Source of the DNA: Mycobacteriales bacterium
Lineage (GTDB): Bacteria > Actinomycetota > Actinomycetes > Mycobacteriales > QHCA01
Reading direction: 5' to 3'
Length of the DNA stretch: 64,000 bases
Assembly: GCA_038329965.1 (NCBI GenBank)
Contig: JBBQNN010000001.1
Span: forward strand, 3,510 to 67,509
This document shows, piece by piece, positions 61,727 to 64,000 of the stretch (the first letter of the stretch is position 1; each line of letters begins with the position of its first letter). The position numbers and the translations under genes were made by a program. The notes under the pieces are model-generated. The model did not search any database and was not told the origin of the DNA. It worked only from the letters and a program-made list of their open reading frames with translations.

Positions 61727-62547
61727 TCAGCATGTTCCAGGCCGCGGTCCTCGGCGTCATCGAGGGACTGACGGAGTTCCTCCCCGTGTCCAGCACGGGT
61801 CACCTGACCATCGTCGAATCCATCATGGGGCTCAAGACCGACGACAAGGCGGTCACGGCGTTCACCGCGGTGATCCAGGTCGGTGCCATCCTCGCGGCGG
61901 TCATCTACTTCCGCCGGGACATCATCCGGCTCGTCGTGGCCTTCGTCCGGGGGCTGGGCAGCGCGCCGGCCCGCCGCGAGACCGACTGGCGACTGGCGTT
62001 GTGCGTCATCGCCGGGTCGATCCCGATCGGCATCGTGGGCTTCGCGGCCAAGGACTTCATCAAGTCCGACCTGCGCAGTCTGTGGGTGGTCGCTGTCGCC
62101 CTGATCGTGTGGTCGGTGGTCATGGTCGTCGCCGAGCGAGTGGCGAGCTACCGGCGGCACGAGGAGGACACCACCCTGACCGACGCGATCATCATCGGCC
62201 TGGTGCAGTGCCTCGCGCTGGTGCCCGGCGTCTCCCGTTCGGGCGCGACGATCAGCGCCGGGCTGTTCCGCGGCCTCGACCGGGTGGCGGCCACCCGGCT
62301 GTCCTTCTTGCTCGGCATCCCCGCCCTGGTCGCTGCCGGGGCCTACGAGTTGAAGGACCTGTCCGGCCTGCGGGTGTTACCCACGGTGCTGGCGACGGTC
62401 GTGTCGTTCGTGGTCGCCTACGTCTCGATCGCGTGGCTGCTGAAGTTCGTCGTACGGCACTCGATCGCGGTGTTCGCCGCCTACCGCGTGCTGCTCGCCG
62501 TCGTCCTCATCGCACTGCTCAGCACCAGCGTGATCTCAGCAACATGA
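61723..62547 (+). CDS. uppP: Undecaprenyl-diphosphate phosphatase
   Basis: GVIEGLTEFLPVSSTGHL and PGVSRSGATI motifs. GTG 61723 overlaps the upstream stop (GTGA). ATG 61732 is an alternative start. Confidence 0.92.
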   Translation: MISMFQAAVLGVIEGLTEFLPVSSTGHLTIVESIMGLKTDDKAVTAFTAVIQVGAILAAVIYFRRDIIRLVVAFVRGLGSAPARRETDWRLALCVIAGSIPIGIVGFAAKDFIKSDLRSLWVVAVALIVWSVVMVVAERVASYRRHEEDTTLTDAIIIGLVQCLALVPGVSRSGATISAGLFRGLDRVAATRLSFLLGIPALVAAGAYELKDLSGLRVLPTVLATVVSFVVAYVSIAWLLKFVVRHSIAVFAAYRVLLAVVLIALLSTSVISAT

Positions 62548-62554
62548 TGAGCCG

Positions 62555-63280
62555 ATGACCACGCTTCTGTTGGTCCGGCACGGACGCACCCCGGCCAACG
62601 CCGCGGCGGTGCTGGCCGGCTGGACCCCTGGCGTCGGGCTGGACGAGCACGGGCAGGAGCAGGCCAGGGTGCTGGCCGACCGGCTGCGCCCGGTGCCGGT
62701 CGCCGCGATCGTCTCCAGCCCACTCGACCGCTGCCTGCAGACCGCTGCGCTGATCGCCGCCGGCCGCATTACCAGTCACGAGACCGGACAGGATCTGCCG
62801 GTCGAGAGCGACGGCCGCCTCGGCGAGGCGCACTACGGCGACTGGACCGGCAAGGAGCTCAAGAAGCTGGCCAAGGAGCCGTTGTGGCGGGTCGTGCAGC
62901 AGCATCCGTCGGCCGCGGTGTTCCCGGGCGACGACGGGGAGGGCCTGGCCGCGACCCAGTCACGGGCGGTCGCCGCCGTCCGCGACTGGAACGCCCGGCT
63001 CGGCCCGGAGGCCACCTGGCTGGGCTGCAGCCATGCCGACGTCATCAAGGCGATCGTCGCCGACGCGCTCGGGCTGCACCTCGACCTGTTCCAGCGGATC
63101 GTGGTCGACCCCTGCTCGCTGACCGTTATCCGCTACACGCAGACGCGCCCGTTCCTGGTCCGGCTCAACGACACCGGCGGGGCCGTTGCCGATCTGCTGC
63201 CACCCAAGCGTCGGCGGCGACGACGGTCGACCGCAAGCGGCGCCGACAGTGACGCTGTAGTCGGCGGCGGCGCTGGTTAG
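62555..63280 (+). CDS. Histidine phosphatase (phosphoglycerate-mutase-like) family protein, Rv2135c-type
   Basis: LLLVRHGRT (RHG motif) and a CSHADVIKA His motif. Confidence 0.88.
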   Translation: MTTLLLVRHGRTPANAAAVLAGWTPGVGLDEHGQEQARVLADRLRPVPVAAIVSSPLDRCLQTAALIAAGRITSHETGQDLPVESDGRLGEAHYGDWTGKELKKLAKEPLWRVVQQHPSAAVFPGDDGEGLAATQSRAVAAVRDWNARLGPEATWLGCSHADVIKAIVADALGLHLDLFQRIVVDPCSLTVIRYTQTRPFLVRLNDTGGAVADLLPPKRRRRRRSTASGADSDAVVGGGAG

Positions 63281-63289
63281 GGTTGTCGT

Positions 63290-63844
63290 ATGCCCCGCCA
63301 GGTCCACCTCTTCGACCCGCCCGAACGCTTCGTCGCCGGCACCGTGGGCGAGCCGGGGGAGCGGACGTTCTACCTGCAGGCGTCCGGAGGCGGCCGCACG
63401 GTGAGTGTGGTCCTGGAGAAGGTCCAGGTGGCCGTCCTGGCCGAGCGGCTCGACGAGCTGCTCGGTGAGGTGCAGCGGCGCCTCGGCGTGGACCTGCCCG
63501 AGGCGGCACCTGAGCTGGAGGACCTGGCCGCTCTCGACGCGCCGATCGAGGAGGAGTTCCGGGTCGGCACCATGGGGCTGGCCTGGGACGGTGACGCCGA
63601 GCTCGTCGTCGTCGAGGCGCATGCGCAGACCGGCACCGACGACGAGGAGGCACCCGAGCCGCTCACCGAGGCCGAGGAGGGCCCGGACCTCCTGCGGGTG
63701 CGGATCAGCGCGGCGGCAGCCCGGGCGTTCATCAGCCGGGCCGGCCGGGTGGTGGCGGCCGGCCGGCCCCCGTGCCCGTTGTGCGGGCTGCCGCTCGATC
63801 CCGACGGGCACGTGTGCCCCCGCCAGAACGGCTTTCGCCGCTGA
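63290..63844 (+). CDS. DUF3090-family protein (Rv2134c-type)
   Basis: FVAGTVGEPGERTFYLQA and a C-terminal CPLCG...GHVCPRQNG. Confidence 0.85.
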   Translation: MPRQVHLFDPPERFVAGTVGEPGERTFYLQASGGGRTVSVVLEKVQVAVLAERLDELLGEVQRRLGVDLPEAAPELEDLAALDAPIEEEFRVGTMGLAWDGDAELVVVEAHAQTGTDDEEAPEPLTEAEEGPDLLRVRISAAAARAFISRAGRVVAAGRPPCPLCGLPLDPDGHVCPRQNGFRR

Positions 63845-63879
63845 GCACGAACGGCGCGGACACCCCCGCCGTGGAGCCG

Positions 63880-64000
63880 ATGCCGCTGACGCTCGAGTCG
63901 GCGCTGGACCTGCTGCGCGACGGCACGCTGGACGTCGAGGGACGGCTGATCGAGGCCAGCAACGCCACGCTGTACTGCGCCGTGACCGCCGATGGTGTCA
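63880..64000 (+). CDS. SCO1664/Rv2133c-family protein, N-terminal fragment (continues beyond the window); the start may be GTG 63871
   Basis: Open frame MPLTLESALDLLRDGTLDVEGRLIEASNATLYCAV. The GRL..ASNATLYC motif and its position after DUF3090 fit this family. Confidence 0.6.
   Translation, partial: MPLTLESALDLLRDGTLDVEGRLIEASNATLYCAVTADGV

Overview
This is a very GC-rich actinobacterial chromosomal segment, densely coding on both strands. I call 59 protein-coding genes (two cut by the window edges), 2 pseudogenes or remnants, one tRNA-Leu(GAG), and a few regulatory, repeat and hairpin elements. Most of the window is ordinary core genome. Gene order closely recalls the Mycobacterium tuberculosis Rv1464-Rv1488 block: suf operon tail, Rv1473-like ABC-F, echA/fadE, acn-acnR, a RipA-like NlpC/P60 hydrolase, moxR-DUF58-VWA, fabG1-inhA-ferrochelatase and NfeD-SPFH. 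The right edge matches the uppP/Rv2133c-Rv2136c block. I saw no CRISPR array, IS element, integrase, prophage or recognisable defence island, and I cannot claim a clearly novel multi-gene system. Points worth a second look are listed below. (1) A DosR/DosS dormancy-type locus has a near-consensus DosR box. The box sits upstream of an acg-type nitroreductase that is translationally coupled to a PatA-type GNAT/ACS protein acetyltransferase. (2) A 60-nt hairpin-forming intergenic repeat occurs in two copies in the same orientation. (3) An acyl-CoA synthetase is split by a +1 frameshift in a CCC run. (4) A small, compositionally atypical islet lies next to the 3' end of tRNA-Leu and contains a truncated alcohol dehydrogenase remnant. 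(5) An RCK-type K+ channel has a non-canonical TVGFRE filter. (6) A candidate AcnR operator lies upstream of acn. (7) Two short upstream ORFs end exactly on the start codons of the ABC-F gene and of mug. All start codons are inferred from frame, RBS and homolog N-termini, and no database search could be run.
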